Assembly (NCBI RefSeq): GCF_006345805.1
Contig: NC_042999.1
Coordinates: 76,756,001-76,820,000, forward strand
Source: Octopus sinensis
Taxonomy: Eukaryota
Direction: 5' to 3'
DNA length: 64,000 bases
The notes below the pieces were generated by a model, which saw only the letters and a program-made list of their open reading frames with translations, ran no database searches and had not been told where the DNA came from. Positions 12,168-25,710 of the stretch are shown here, piece by piece. Position 1 is the first letter of the stretch, and each line of letters opens with the position of its first letter. Position numbers and translations under genes: made by a program.

Positions 12168-13000
12168 CAACAATAATAACAACAACAACAACATTACAAA
12201 AAAGTAGCTTTGCCACTGTTATTGCTCCATATTTTGAACGTTTGCTTGCCTTGAGAAAAAAATTGCATTTTTCTCAGTTTTCAAAATAAAATGTCGTTGT
12301 TTCTATAATCTGAAGAACAATGTAGCGTCATTGTTTAGGATTGTGACAATATCAGATAGAATTGCCCGTTTTGAAAACGAATCATTTATTTCTTTATGAT
12401 ATGATATAATGTTGTTGCTTGTGTTACTTTCCTTTTTGCAGATTGCTTTTATTTTATCTATTTATTTATTTTTTTCTTTTCATATCGTTGCTCTTGTTCC
12501 TGTTATTCTTGACATCGTTGTTGTTTTTAACCTTTTTGTTCAGCAAAATTTCAAATCTGCAGCTGTGTATTCTCATTATACAATTATTACATTTATAGAT
12601 GAATAACTAAGATAAAGTCTCGGTTTCGTGTTTTGTTGGGCTTGTGAGGGTTTTTTTTTATTATTTCTTTTTGCTTATTTTCTGTACCGATCAATGCTGT
12701 AACTTTTGTTGCTAATGTTAACAATGATAATGATGATAACAATGTTGATACAGATATTGAAGATGATGAGGATCACTATGAGTGTGACGACAATAATAGA
12801 TATTGATGGGGTTTCTGACGACGAAACGAATGAAAACTATCATGATGGTTATGATTATGATGATGACGACTACGCCAGCAACGACGTTGACGACCACGGC
12901 AACGATATGACGATGATAATACTGATTGATTATAATATTGATGTGATTCTAAATTTTCATGATGATCTTGATGATTATGAGATTGTTTACATAAGATAAC

Positions 13001-13394
13001 GCCATCATGTATATTAAATCTCCACTGGAAAATGCACGTCAGCAGAAACAGAAGCAGCTCCAAACGTTGATCTTAGTTTAGCGTTTAACTATTGCTCAAA
13101 TATCGATACTCATTACTCTCTCCCTCTCTCTCTCTCTCTCTCCCTCTCTCTCTCTCTCTTTTACTCTTTTACGCTTTTACTTGTCATGTGACAGTGGACA
13201 TGCTGGAGCACCGCCTTTAGTCGAGCAAATCGACCCCAAGACTTATTCTTTGTAATCCTAGTACTTATTCTATCGGTCTCTTTTGCCGAACCGCTACGTT
13301 ACGGGGAGATAAACATACAAGCATCGGTTGTCAAGCGATGTTGGGGGTACAAACACAGACACACAAACATACACACACATACACACACACACAT

Positions 13395-13458
<64 letters not shown>

Positions 13459-13850
13459 CGGGCTTCTTTCAGTTTCCGTATACCAAATCCACTCACAAAA
13501 CTTTGATCGACCCGAGGCTATAGTAGAAGACATTTGCCCAAGGTGCCACGCAGTGAGACTGACCCGGAACCATGTGGCTGGAAAGCAAGCTAGTTACCAC
13601 ACAGCCACTCCTACACCACTCCTACGTGTAAGATACACAAGCGCATGGCTCTGTGTGCATGTGTGTGCGTGCGCGCGTATGTGTGTGTGAGCCTTTACGT
13701 ATATGCCATCATATATATTAAAACTTCACTGGAAAATGCACGTCTGGGAATACAGAAAGAGATCAGAACGTTGAAATTGGTTTAGCGACTAGCTATCATA
13801 CAAATGTCGGTATGTGTAACACACGAATATACATAAGCGCATGGCTATAT
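13001..13850 (+). repeat. Old tandem duplication (13001-13110 vs 13705-13813) with a SINE inserted in the first unit
   Basis: GCCATCAT.TATATTAAA..T.CACTGGAAAATGCACGTC occurs twice, and AAGCGCATGGCT occurs twice. Confidence 0.7.
13156..13617 (-). mobile_element. SINE family A, full length
   Basis: Complete head, CORE-like part, internal (TA)n/(TG)n and AAAAGAGT-type tail on the minus strand. Confidence 0.9.
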
Positions 13851-14213
13851 ATATACATCAAGACAGAGAGAAACAGACAGACTGACAGACAGACAGAAAG
13901 ATAGAGAGCGAGATAACAACAACTACAAGAAGCAGCAACATCTTGATCTTTCAAGATACAATGCGTAATTCCATCTTTTAACTTTGAGACGGTACCAGCA
14001 GCTGAGAGCTGATCAAGGCAGAAGATAAAAATGGCTGAGGGCTAATGGGAAGATAGCCAACGCTAAAACATTCACACTAAATTGAAAAGTTAAAGGTTCA
14101 AACACAACCACCCCGACCTCTACACATGACATACGACCTTACATACACCATCACACACATGTATAAAAACACATACACTCACACATATATATATAGTCAT
14201 TTGCAACTTGTGT

Positions 14214-14272
<59 letters not shown>

Positions 14273-14632
14273 CACACACATATATATAAGGAAGACAGAA
14301 TAAAAATAGAGATTTTATACATCTTTAAAATTGTCCAGCATGTGTTTCTGTTGTATAAATGAATTCGTGTTGGAATATTACAAGTTGGAAAATTTTAATT
14401 GAAGATGAATAATTCTCCATTCATTATTATATATTTTTAATATACTCCGTAATAATTTTACACGAAATCCTTGGGAGCGAACTCAGGATTTACCAGTCGA
14501 AGAAGTACAACTGTACACGATTCTTTACGTTTCCTATTATTCGATATGGTTAGCCAAGTTTGGATTTCATCAAAGTGCCCGTAAGATATCAACCTGATTT
14601 TAAAATCCTCATTCCTTTGTGGTATATATATA

Positions 14633-15002
14633 CTGCGGCCATGCTGGTGCACCATCTTTAGTCGAGCAAATCGACCCCGGAACTTATTCTTTGTAAGCCT
14701 AGTACTTATTCTATCGGTCTCTTTTGTCGAACTGCTAAGTGACGGGGACATAAATACACCAGCATCGATTGTCAAGCAATGCTAGGGGGACAAACACAGA
14801 CACGCAAACATATACACACACACATATATACATATATATACGACGGGCTTCTTTCAGTTTCCGTCTACCAAATCCACTCACAAGGCTTTGGTCGGCCCGA
14901 GGATATAGTAGAAGATACTTGCCCAAGATGCCACGCAACGTGACTGAACCTGGAACCATGTGGTTGGTAAGCAAGCTACTTACCACACAGCCACTCCTGC
15001 GC

Positions 15003-15003
<1 letters not shown>
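14633..15003 (-). mobile_element. SINE family A, near full length
   Basis: High similarity to the other copies; the head abuts (TA)n. Confidence 0.9.
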
Positions 15004-15088
<85 letters not shown>

Positions 15089-15320
15089 GTGTGTTTGTCC
15101 TTGAGTCTGTGTTTGTTCCCCACCTCCGCTTGATAACTCGTGGTGGTGTGAATACGTCCCCGTAGCCTGGCAGTTTGGCAAAAGAGAAAGATAGAATAAA
15201 TACCAGGGTTTTTTTTTAAATAAGTACTGGGGTCGATATATTCGGCTAAAAATTCTTCAAGATGGTGTGTCCCAGCATGGCTGCAGTCTAATGACTAAGA
15301 CAAAATATAGAAGATAAAAG
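15089..15320 (+). mobile_element. SINE family A, 3' half
   Basis: TGTGTTTGTTCCC...GGGGTCGAT...CCAGCATGGCTGCAGTCTAATGACT. Confidence 0.8.
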
Positions 15321-16292
15321 ATATAACCATAAGCATATGTCCGAAGATGGTGCTGCATTCCGACGTTACTCAAGGATTCTCGATGTGTGTTTTCGTACTT
15401 GTATTGACTGAACCATCAGATTCATTGAATGAAGAAAATACTCTACAACATGTATTGAGTACTTTTCCCTGTTTTAAACACACACACATGCGTGTGTATG
15501 TGTGTGTTTCTGTCTCATATAAAAATATTAACTTCTGTTATTTTTCTGCTACTGCTGTTGCTGCCACTAGTACTACATCATTAGTATTCACACATGCCCA
15601 GACATCCGGCATTTATATAAATTCAGTAAGTAAACAGGCAGTTAGCTTGACCAAAAGCAAAAACTCTGTGTATGCGTGCGTATGTATGCGTGTGTGTGTT
15701 TTAGAGTCAGGAAAATGGAAGGGTACACACACAAAAAAAAAAGGAAACAAAACATACAACTAAACCAGAGACGCAATGAAGACACGAAAACAAAGAAGGA
15801 AAAGCAGTAAAAAGCAAGCTGTGTTTTCTGTAACTTTTAAACACAGTTAAGATATGGGAAGTTTGAAAGACACATGCTGTGAGATATCGGATTGGTGAGA
15901 ATGTTGTTATCTATGGAGAAATGAAGTTTATATACACACCTTAAATACGGATGTGAATGAGAGTATATGTATTTGTTCAAGTGTGTATGTATATGTGTGA
16001 GTTTGTGCGAATGAGAATAAGTGTATGTTTATGTCATATAATCTGTGAGTAATATGCGTTTGCCTGATTTGAAATATATGTGTATGTGCTTGGATGATAG
16101 TGTGGGATATATGTAAGTTGACTTCATGTTAATTGCTACTAGTTAAAGGATTTCGTTTTTTCATTAAATTTGTATACAAATTATATAATCCAAACAAAAA
16201 TTGTAATTTGTATCGTTCACATGACATTTAGCAGATGAAAAATTTAAATAGCGAATTTGAAGGTTCACACGTAAATAAAATTTATACTTATT

Positions 16293-16499
16293 TTGAAAAG
16301 TTGCTGGCTTTGGGTTAAAGAAAATACAGGAGGATCAGTTAATTACGATTTTATCCAACATATTTCCCACACAGATTCACACACCTATTGCAGTGATCTT
16401 TCACTTTTTCTAAGCTCTGTAAAAGAACTCGGAAGGTTGTACCTTCAGCCAGGCATTTCGCGAGACCCTTAAAACCAGGAACTTTTCAGCGCCCCCTCG
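16293..16499 (-). mobile_element. Mariner-derived MITE
   Basis: TIR cores TGAAAAGTTGCTGGCTTT / AAAACCAGGAACTTTTCA, end CCCCTCG-TA; homologous to 50836-51045 and 4587-4754. Confidence 0.8.
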
Positions 16500-16584
16500 T
16501 ATATATGTATATATAAAATAAAGGCGGTGCTCCAGCATGGCCACAGTCAAATGACTGAAACAAGTAAAAGAGTAAAAGAGTGAT

Positions 16585-16695
<111 letters not shown>

Positions 16696-16712
16696 ATAAT
16701 AAATCTCTGAGT

Positions 16713-16798
16713 GAGGTTGGAGATGGGAAGGATGACTGCCCTTTGCAAATACTGATAGGGCACAGAAAGTGTGTCAATAGCCAGCTGGAGGAGATGTT
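16713..16798 (+). mobile_element. Diverged fragment of the 352-bp hammerhead repeat family
   Basis: GGGAAGGATGACTGCCCTTTGCAAATACTGATAGGGCACAGAAAGTGTGTCAATAGCCAGCTGGAGGAG aligns with about 56142-56210; lies near a (TA)n tract. Confidence 0.8.
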
Positions 16799-16949
16799 AT
16801 TAACATTAATATTCCTCAGTTATTAATTTTTAAGAAACAAAATAACTGATTTTTGTGTAAATATCTTAACTACTAGCAATAAAAAGAGAATAATTCCATT
16901 TTAGAAAATGTCATTATTTATATAACTAATGGAGGTTAGTAAAGTTCAC

Positions 16950-17650
16950 CTTCATATGTTACGATGAAATATTCGTTGAAGGAAATTAAAACAAACTAGA
17001 AAAAATTTTAATTAACCTCGAAATGGTCTTGGATCAAATTGAAAAAGTGTAGATATCTATAATTTGCATTGTTTGAATCAGAGCAAAAATCTAAATTCAT
17101 GTTATCTTTTGACAACCCTATTAAGTTGAATTTTTTCATGGATGAAATATGTCGGCCTCAAAACAATGATAGCTGGTCTCATGTTTTAAGTATTTGTATT
17201 CAAATTTGTTGAACGGTGAAGGAGCAAAGGACATACAAGTTATCTACTATAGAAGCTTATATACGTGTATTGTCAGCCGCAAAACGAACAAAGGGAATCC
17301 ATTGCTGATGCACGAGATATAGAGAATATAATAGCATATCATATCGTACATCACTGGCGACACAGAGATCGTGCATTACATTTGTATTCTGGGGCGAGGT
17401 CAAATGACATATAAAACATATGTCCAAAATTAATACTGAAGCATTTTTGAGAATGTTTAACCACACACGTAGATTCAATATATCTTTACAAACTATAGCA
17501 AGCCATCGTAATGGAAGAGTGTTTTCTTTGAAGAAAGAGCATTTACAGCCAAAGTAAATGTGTATTTATTTCCAAAAGAGATGATTCCCATAAACTGGTG
17601 AAAGGTGTGTTGATATTTGTTCAAGATTTTTTGCAACTACAAATTAAACT
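16950..17650 (-). pseudogene. Highly degenerate LINE reverse transcriptase remnant
   Basis: VASDVRYDMLLYSLYL...FAADNTRI weakly resembles SGVPQGS.L.PLLF...FADDT.I. Confidence 0.35.
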
Positions 17651-17847
17651 GTAATTCATTAGATAAAGGCATCGTAAATGTATTTCTATGACGTAATTTA
17701 ATTTGCTTCGAAAATATTCTACTTTGTTTTAATTTGCATCAAGTTTATTTTAATTTGCTCTGCGATTATTTGAATAATGCTTCCATCAAGATAATATTAT
17801 ATATGTGTGTGTGTGCTTGTGTGTTTAAAGTTATTGATGAGAATATA

Positions 17848-18249
17848 GGCGTAGGAATGGCTGTGTGGTAAGTAGCTTTCTTACGAACCACATGGTTCCA
17901 GATTCAGACCTACTGCGTGGAACCTTGGGCAAGTGTCTTCTACTATAGCCTCGGGTCGACCAAAGCTTTGTGAGTGAATTTGGTAGACGGAAACTGAAAG
18001 AAGCCCGTCGTATATATGTATGTGTGTGTATATGTTTTTGTGTCTATGTTTGTCCCCCCACCAACATTGCTTGACAACCGATGCTGGTGTGTTTACGTCC
18101 CCGTAACTTAGTGGTTCGGCAAAAGAGACTGATAGAATACGTACTAGGCTTACAAAGAATAAGTCCTGGGGTCGATTTGCTCGACTAAGGGCGGTGCTCC
18201 AGCATGGCCACAGCCACATAACTGAAACAAGTAAAAGCGTAAAAGAGTA
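17848..18249 (+). mobile_element. SINE family A, full length
   Basis: GGCGTAGGAATGGCTGTGTGGTAAG...CCTTGGGCAAGTGTCTT...GTAAAAGAGTA. Confidence 0.9.
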
Positions 18250-18776
18250 TATCAGCAAAGAACAAGATCTAAATTTTAATTCTGATGCACATTTAAGAAA
18301 AAGGAAGTGCCGTCGATGTTTCGAGCTAAAGCATTTCATCAAAAAATTATAAAGAAGACAGAAAAGTATAGAAGAAAGAAAACCGAGTAGCAGAGAAATT
18401 TATAACACAGACGTATCCACTGACATGCATACATGCATATAGGTATGTTTATACATGAGGGCGTGCGCTCGGGTGAGAGTGTGCCAATGTACATAGGCGT
18501 TAAGATTTATAATCGAGAAGAAAAGTACTCAAAACAGTAAAATTTATTCAATTACTGGAAACACTGGCCTCCCTTGTGGGTAGTCTCAGCAATAAGTATA
18601 TATAATACGTCGGCACTATATAATCATGATATAACTGAAATACAGGGAATATGTTTTTGTAAATATGTAGTAAGTATAATGTGTTTGATATATTCTGATG
18701 TAATTCAATGTAAGGAATTACGAATAAGTTCAAATTCAACAGAAACATTCACATACATAATAGACGTGTGTATATG

Positions 18777-18807
<31 letters not shown>

Positions 18808-18887
18808 ATGTGCGTGTTTATCTGTGCGCGTATGTATGTATGTATGTATGTATGTATGTATGTATGTATGTGTATGTATGTATTATG

Positions 18888-18921
<34 letters not shown>

Positions 18922-19637
18922 TGTATGTATGTATGTACGTATGTACGTATGTACGTATGTTTGTGCACTTATGTATTTGTATGTGTATTATTTGTTTTTA
19001 TGTAGATAGTTTTCCCCACTTGGCTCATTTTGTTTTATATTTGTTAGGTTTCCCACCCCCCTTACTTTTTGGTCTCCCAGCAGTAAATGTAGATTAAAAC
19101 GGGTGCACGAGGAGGTAGCTTGAACTTTCATTAACTGAACTATACTTCGGAAACTACTAAATAAATAAGATAATAATGATGATGATGGTGATGATGACGA
19201 CGACAAGGATAACGATGGTGGTGGAAGTGATGGTGGTGGTGATATAAAACAACTTATTATATATGATGAAATAAGAACAGAAATTTCACCGGAAGTTGGT
19301 GAAGGAAAAATTGCATGAATGGCTGGTTGTTGATATGACAGGAAACAGGCCGAATGGGAACGTAAAAGAATATATAAAGATGAAATGATGAAAAAATATA
19401 AAACTGAAGGAAGAGACAAACATATATAGGAAAAGACAGAGAGAGAGAGAAAAAGTATGTGAGAGCGAAAGAGGAGAAAAATGGGGTGAGTTTGTGAGTC
19501 TGAGATAGTGAGATATACAGAGATGGTTCAGTACAGAAACTACGATGTCTGACATGGACACAGAAAACATTATATTCACTTGCAGGATGTATAATGTATA
19601 TTTGATAAATAGGACAAATATGCCAGTGCAACATTAG

Positions 19638-19754
<117 letters not shown>

Positions 19755-19852
19755 CAGACAGATTGATAGATAAATAGAAAGTTTTGCATGTATGTGTATA
19801 CATACTACTCGTACATTATGGATGTAGTGTATTCTATTTGTATAAACTGTTG

Positions 19853-19885
<33 letters not shown>

Positions 19886-20258
19886 TAATTTACACATAAA
19901 GACACATATTTCGCCGCAGGAAAACATCACATTTGGTTATTTCTGCTAGATCCTGAGAAAGAAACGAATTACTGTAAAACAGACACTTTTCTGCAAATAG
20001 TTCAAGTACGATTGCTTTTGAAAGGAGGTTATTGTGTGAATGAGTATCTGTTTGCCTCCGTGTGTTGGTGGGGTGATAGAGAGACAGAGAGATAGAATGA
20101 GATTTGTGTAGTAACACAGCGCACCTTATAGCTGGATCGAGATATGACAGAAATATAACCCCACTGCAGACAGAAGATTGAGAAGTTAGGGATGGTTTAT
20201 GTAAGTACGTGTATGTGTAAATTATTTGACAAACAGACAGACAGACAGACAGACTGAC

Positions 20259-20367
<109 letters not shown>

Positions 20368-20462
20368 CCAGCTATTACAATCGTTAGTAACAATCTCCCT
20401 CTGGTGTTGAGTATCGTTTTGCTCTTCTTATATGTGCAATACCTTCTCTCTCCCTCTGTCTA

Positions 20463-20493
<31 letters not shown>

Positions 20494-20974
20494 TTCTCTC
20501 TCTTACAAACACACGCATACACACGCACACATATACATACACACACGCGCGCAAAGTACGTGTGTTTGGTGCTCCAGCATGGCCGCAGTCAAATGACAGA
20601 AACAAGTAAAAGAATATACACACACACACACATACACACACATGTGTGCAATCATTGTAATAGTCTAGTGTCAGATTCTTGACAACTCATATGTAGTAGC
20701 ATTGTTTAGGGACTGTTCAAATTCAGTTTTCGAAATAAAGATATTTTCGTCTTCGCTTGCCTCCTGAACTCACAAAAAGAAGGTTACGCTATGAATGAAC
20801 ATGCTAAATAAGACAACTCACTGTTAGATACGTTGATTCTTGATGATGCACAGTATATTATAAGTTTATTTATCGATAATGACGAAATTAGATGCCTCTC
20901 TAACCCGGGTCCGTTAATCATTCAGAGACACTAAAAAACATCATGTACAGATTTCGAATTGAGAATACATAGTG

Positions 20975-21147
20975 ATTATTTCTTCTGTAGGCACGAGGCC
21001 TGAAATGTTGAAGGAGAGAACTAATAGATTACATCGAACCCAGTACCCATGTGGTACTTATTTTATCGACCTCGAAAGGACGAAGGGCAGAGTCGACCTC
21101 GGCGGCATTTGGATTCAGAACGTAATGAGCAAGAAGAAATGCTAAGC
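20975..21147 (-). mobile_element. SINE family B
   Basis: GGTACTTATTTTATCGACCTCGAAAGGACGAAGGGCAGAGTCGACCTCGGCGG. Confidence 0.8.
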
Positions 21148-21166
21148 AAGATTTTGAAGAAGAAGA

Positions 21167-21290
21167 GAAGAAGAAGAAGAAGAAGAAGAAGAAGAAGAAG
21201 AAGAAGAAGAAGAAGAAGAAGAAGAAGAAGAAGAAGAAGAAGAAGAAGAAGAAGAAGAGAAGAAGAAGAAGAAGAAGGAGGAGGAGGAGA
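21167..21290. repeat. (AGA)n/(GGA)n microsatellite
   Basis: Direct reading. Confidence 0.95.
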
Positions 21291-21460
21291 AGGAAGGAAC
21301 TTAAATGTGTTGACTATTTCCTCTTATTTCTAAAAGAAGTCGAAGAGAGCCTTTTTCATCATATTTCGTCCTTTTACATTTACAAAATGCAGAGAAATTT
21401 CTTTTATTTATAATTATTTTTATTTTTCACATCTGATGCCAGCTTTAAGGGATTTCACTT

Positions 21461-21500
21461 TTTATGGTTAAAACTCCCCTTTTATGGTTAAAACTCCCTT
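21461..21500. repeat. 20-bp tandem duplication
   Basis: TTTATGGTTAAAACTCCC(C/T)T x2. Confidence 0.85.
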
Positions 21501-21728
21501 TTTATTCACTGACAAAATATTTCAGGTTTCGAAAGCTTTCATTTGCATATATTTCATCCGAGTGTATTGGAGTGTGTGGAGAAATGCAGGTTTTAAGGAA
21601 AAGATGACTTCGTATTTTTTCATAAAAATATGTTGCTGTTATTTTTCTTCTAGTATTTATATGAATTTCAGATTTTCTCCTACAAGCTCTCTCACTTTAT
21701 TGCGCATTTTGTCTAATTCGTCTCATCT

Positions 21729-21828
<100 letters not shown>

Positions 21829-22042
21829 CTCTCTCTCTCTCTCTCACTCTTCTCTTTTTCTTTCTCTCTGTCGCTCTTCCTCACACAAACATGTTATGTC
21901 CATTTTGATTTCTTCAGTGTGACAACTAACAGTTCAGCAATATTTTCCTTAATTCTAACGAATGTAATGAAGTGATGGTACTTTTTTTTCTTTACACGTT
22001 TTCGTGAGTTTAGACAACAATTTTCCTTCTCTCATTTTCTTT

Positions 22043-22076
<34 letters not shown>

Positions 22077-22077
22077 G

Positions 22078-22108
<31 letters not shown>

Positions 22109-22558
22109 CTTGCCCCTCTCTGCGATGTAAGCAATTGAAAAACTTGGTAATTCTGCCATACTCCTGGTACTGACATCACTATGGTTACACCTTCTCATGT
22201 AACCTGTTTGGATTTACTTTGTGCGCTCCACATAAAGAGAGTGTTAAAAAAATTAATCAAGGACATATCAGAGTGCTGAGAAAATCATTTAACTAAAGTC
22301 AAATTTGCATATGTACGTGTCTATGAGTTAAGCAGGTTCGTGATAAAAAGCATCCGAGTCGTGACGATCTCGTCTTTGTTTAAGGTATAATGTATCTACT
22401 ACGACATTATTCAAAGTAAATGTATCCCCTTCCCTTTTTAAGATGGTGTATTATTTGAGTGAGAATTGGCAGTTATTTCTAGCAGGTGTGTGACTGTGCA
22501 AGAGGCCCGAGTTACTACTGATACTATTTACGTCTTTAACGTTTTGGCTGGCAGGAAT

Positions 22559-22760
22559 GTGATGAGCTGGCAGAATCGTTAGCACACCGGGCAAAATACT
22601 TAACAGCATTTCGTCCGTTTTTTATGTTTGGAATTCAAATTCCGCCAGGGTTGACTTTGCCTTTCAACCCTTTCGGGGTCGATAAAATGACTACCACTGA
22701 AGTCGATGCAATCGACTTACCCCTTCACCGAAATTGCGGGTCAAAACCTGAAAATAATAT
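22559..22760 (+). mobile_element. SINE family B
   Basis: GAGCTGGCAGAATCGTTAGCAC...TTCAAATTCCGCC...TTTCGGGGTCGATAAAAT. Confidence 0.85.
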
Positions 22761-23299
22761 TTTAAGTAATAGGATAAGACATGTGTACTAAAATGTTTAG
22801 TGAGAAATAGTTCCGCTTCAGTCATGAACGAGATGTGTGACGAACTAACAAGTTACTTTCGAGCTTGAGGATGACCTGACTTCAGCGGACTTCCCCTCCA
22901 TACATACATACAACTTGAGAGAGTTAAGCTGATTAGTGATGGTTTGAGATTAATCAACAACAATAACAATATTATTACCCCCACTAACATGAGCATCACA
23001 GAACGGAATGGCGAAATGGCTAATTCTAAAAAGTATAGGAAAATCACTTCTAATTTCACCAGTACATATCAGCTACTTTTGTTTGGTTGTTTCTCATTCT
23101 ACGTACATCAATCCATCACTAATACATAACATATTTCTAAAAATGCTATCTCCCATATGGAATAGGAAATTTATGAACACCAATATACTGGGGGTCATTG
23201 AAATGATAACCATTTTTTTTTATATATAGTGTCAAACTTCTTTTTGGTAATTTTTTTGTCTCTTACTCTTTCTTCAGATTCATTTTTTAACCAAATATC

Positions 23300-23760
23300 A
23301 CATTTGCCTATCTATATTCGATATGTATTTTGATATGCCAGTTATATTACCGGTATCATTTCTCCATCTGAGTTTGAATTTGTCAGAGTTATTCATCATA
23401 ATGCTTGCATATACAGGAAATCGAACATTTTAGAATAAACAATATTTCGGCTTTTAATTCAACTGAGAGTATATTCGCTTACAAAAGTGTTTGCAATCCG
23501 TTAATTGAAAATCAGTTTGAGCATCGTAGCTCCATGTAACATGAGAAGATATTCATAGGCCATTTCTGGATTTTGACTATTTTAACTTATAAATGCCAGC
23601 ATTCTACTTAAGCCAGTACACTGTTTTCTTAACGTGTAGAGGTCATCTATTATCAATGGAATGCTTATTTATTGAGTATAATCAGTAATACTTTTTCTGG
23701 CATATTTTCAGAGTGTTTAATGGGAATCTTTTTTTAATATACGCCATGCCTTTCTCATGT
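23300..23760 (+). pseudogene. Possible very old CR1-like LINE remnant
   Basis: AYKSVCNPLIEN, RGH and FRV..WN-like motifs in the expected order; weak. Confidence 0.25.
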
Positions 23761-25029
23761 GCAATACCGATGTATGTGAGGTGACTTAAAAGAAGAATGA
23801 AATCTCCATCACAATCGCGTACTCAAATCACTAAATAGCTTTGATCCTATTTCATCCATTTTCCCATTATTCGATATTGTCACATCGTAGTGCAAATGTT
23901 GGCTATTTTTTAATAAGCACACAGATCTGTTAAACTATGAGACAAGGGTGAAATAGAGTATCTAGATTTTTACGCTTTCCCGAGTGCTTTAACAGAGTCG
24001 ATGAAATGCACTTGCATTAATCGGGAATCCAAACTATATTTTGGACTCTTCTGGTCAGATGATTATCTTTTGTTCTACAACGATCATAATATCTTGAGTC
24101 AAACTATTATGCAATATATTTGACATAGGGTGAAGTTTCGTTCACTAGCTATTTATAAAAACAGCAGGCCACTTCGTAGTATGCACGGAATGGGAGAACA
24201 TACGAACAGATATGGATAAATCGCGATGAACTCGTTTATGTATGTGTGTATATGCTTTTTCATAAGTATATTATTATATATCATATACATAGACATAATC
24301 GCATATATATGCATAAATGCGCAACATCATTTATCCATCTAGCAATCTATATTGATTTATCTGTTCGTATAGCTCAATATCTACCTAGTCCATAGAGCCA
24401 AAACAACCTGCTGATTACTGGCTATTAATGTCGTATAATCAAACGATATCTATTTTTAATATTTCCCTTAACAAAGTTAAACTTATAATATTACAAACCC
24501 GCGTTTCCATAGGAACTCCTCACGATTTCCATATATCATTGCTACGTCTGATTTTTAGTCATATTAATGCATAAAAAACGTCTTGTTCCACATCATAAAC
24601 TAGCAACGCAAGCTAAAGTAAATCTGATTCTCTCTCTCTTTCTCATTCCCTCTTTCAAGTGGGAATCAAGTGCATACATCATTTTCTAAGGCCAAGTGAA
24701 GTTTCTTTCGCCAGGCAAGGTAGTAGTCGATACATTGACTACAATATTTCCTACTATATCTCTCTAAAGTGTCTTCTTCTCCCTTTCATTTAAACGAGTA
24801 GGTATCAAATAAAAAGGTCTAAACTACGTACATTACCAGTTTTAAGTTTACCGAACCTGAAAGAATGAATGATATAGCCAACATCTAATGGGGTTTGAAC
24901 CTCAACAGATAAAGAACTAAAACAAAGTATGGCATGGCATTTTGCTCCGGTGCTCCACTATTTATGAAGACACAATAACTTATAAAGCTGAATATTAATT
25001 CACCGACGGTTGTCTTCAATATGAATTAT

Positions 25030-25207
25030 TACATATTAGAAATAACAGCGAAATATCCCACAAACTACACCCTATTAGTTTTAAAACGGACACATTGGCC
25101 AATGTACTCGTCGTTCTAGACATACAAAAAGACAGGGTGGTCACGTTTAGAGCACCTTTAATTGGCGGTGTACTCGATCAGTGCTTTACTAGGACTAAAC
25201 AACAACT
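25030..25207 (+). repeat. Interspersed repeat family C
   Basis: TAGAAATAACAGCGAAATATCCCACAAACTACACCCTA...GGACTAAACAACAAC. Confidence 0.65.
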
Positions 25208-25331
25208 GAATCATTTTACTAAGCACAGACAATTGTCGCAGTAGAAGTATATAGTTGATACAACTGAGTATACATCGTTATTTTATCGACTTCGAAACTT
25301 TCTATCAAATCCAAAGAAATGATCTGCACTG

Positions 25332-25710
25332 GGCTCAGGCGTAGCTGTGTGATTAGAAGTTTGCTTCCAACCACATGTTCGGTGTTCATTCCCACTGCGT
25401 GGTACCTTGGACAAATATCTTCTACTATAGCCTCTGGCCGACCAAGGCTTTGTGAGTGGATTTGATAGACGGAAACTGAAAGAAGCCCAGCATGTATATG
25501 TGTGTGTGTGTGAGACCATCACCGCTTGACAACCGGTGCTGGTGTGTTTACGACCCCGTAACTTGTCGATTCGTCAAAAAGCACCGAAAGAATAATTACC
25601 AGACTTTAAAAATAAATCCTGGGGTCGATTTGTTCGACTAAAAATTCTTCAAGGCGGTGCCCCAGCATGGCCACAGTCTAATGACTGAAACAAGTAAAAG
25701 TAAAATAAAA
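25332..25710 (+). mobile_element. SINE family A, full length
   Basis: Same head, CORE-like and tail order. Confidence 0.88.

Noticed and set aside
17848-17925. tRNA gene
   Set aside because: The A/B-box-like head belongs to a SINE; there is no complete cloverleaf.
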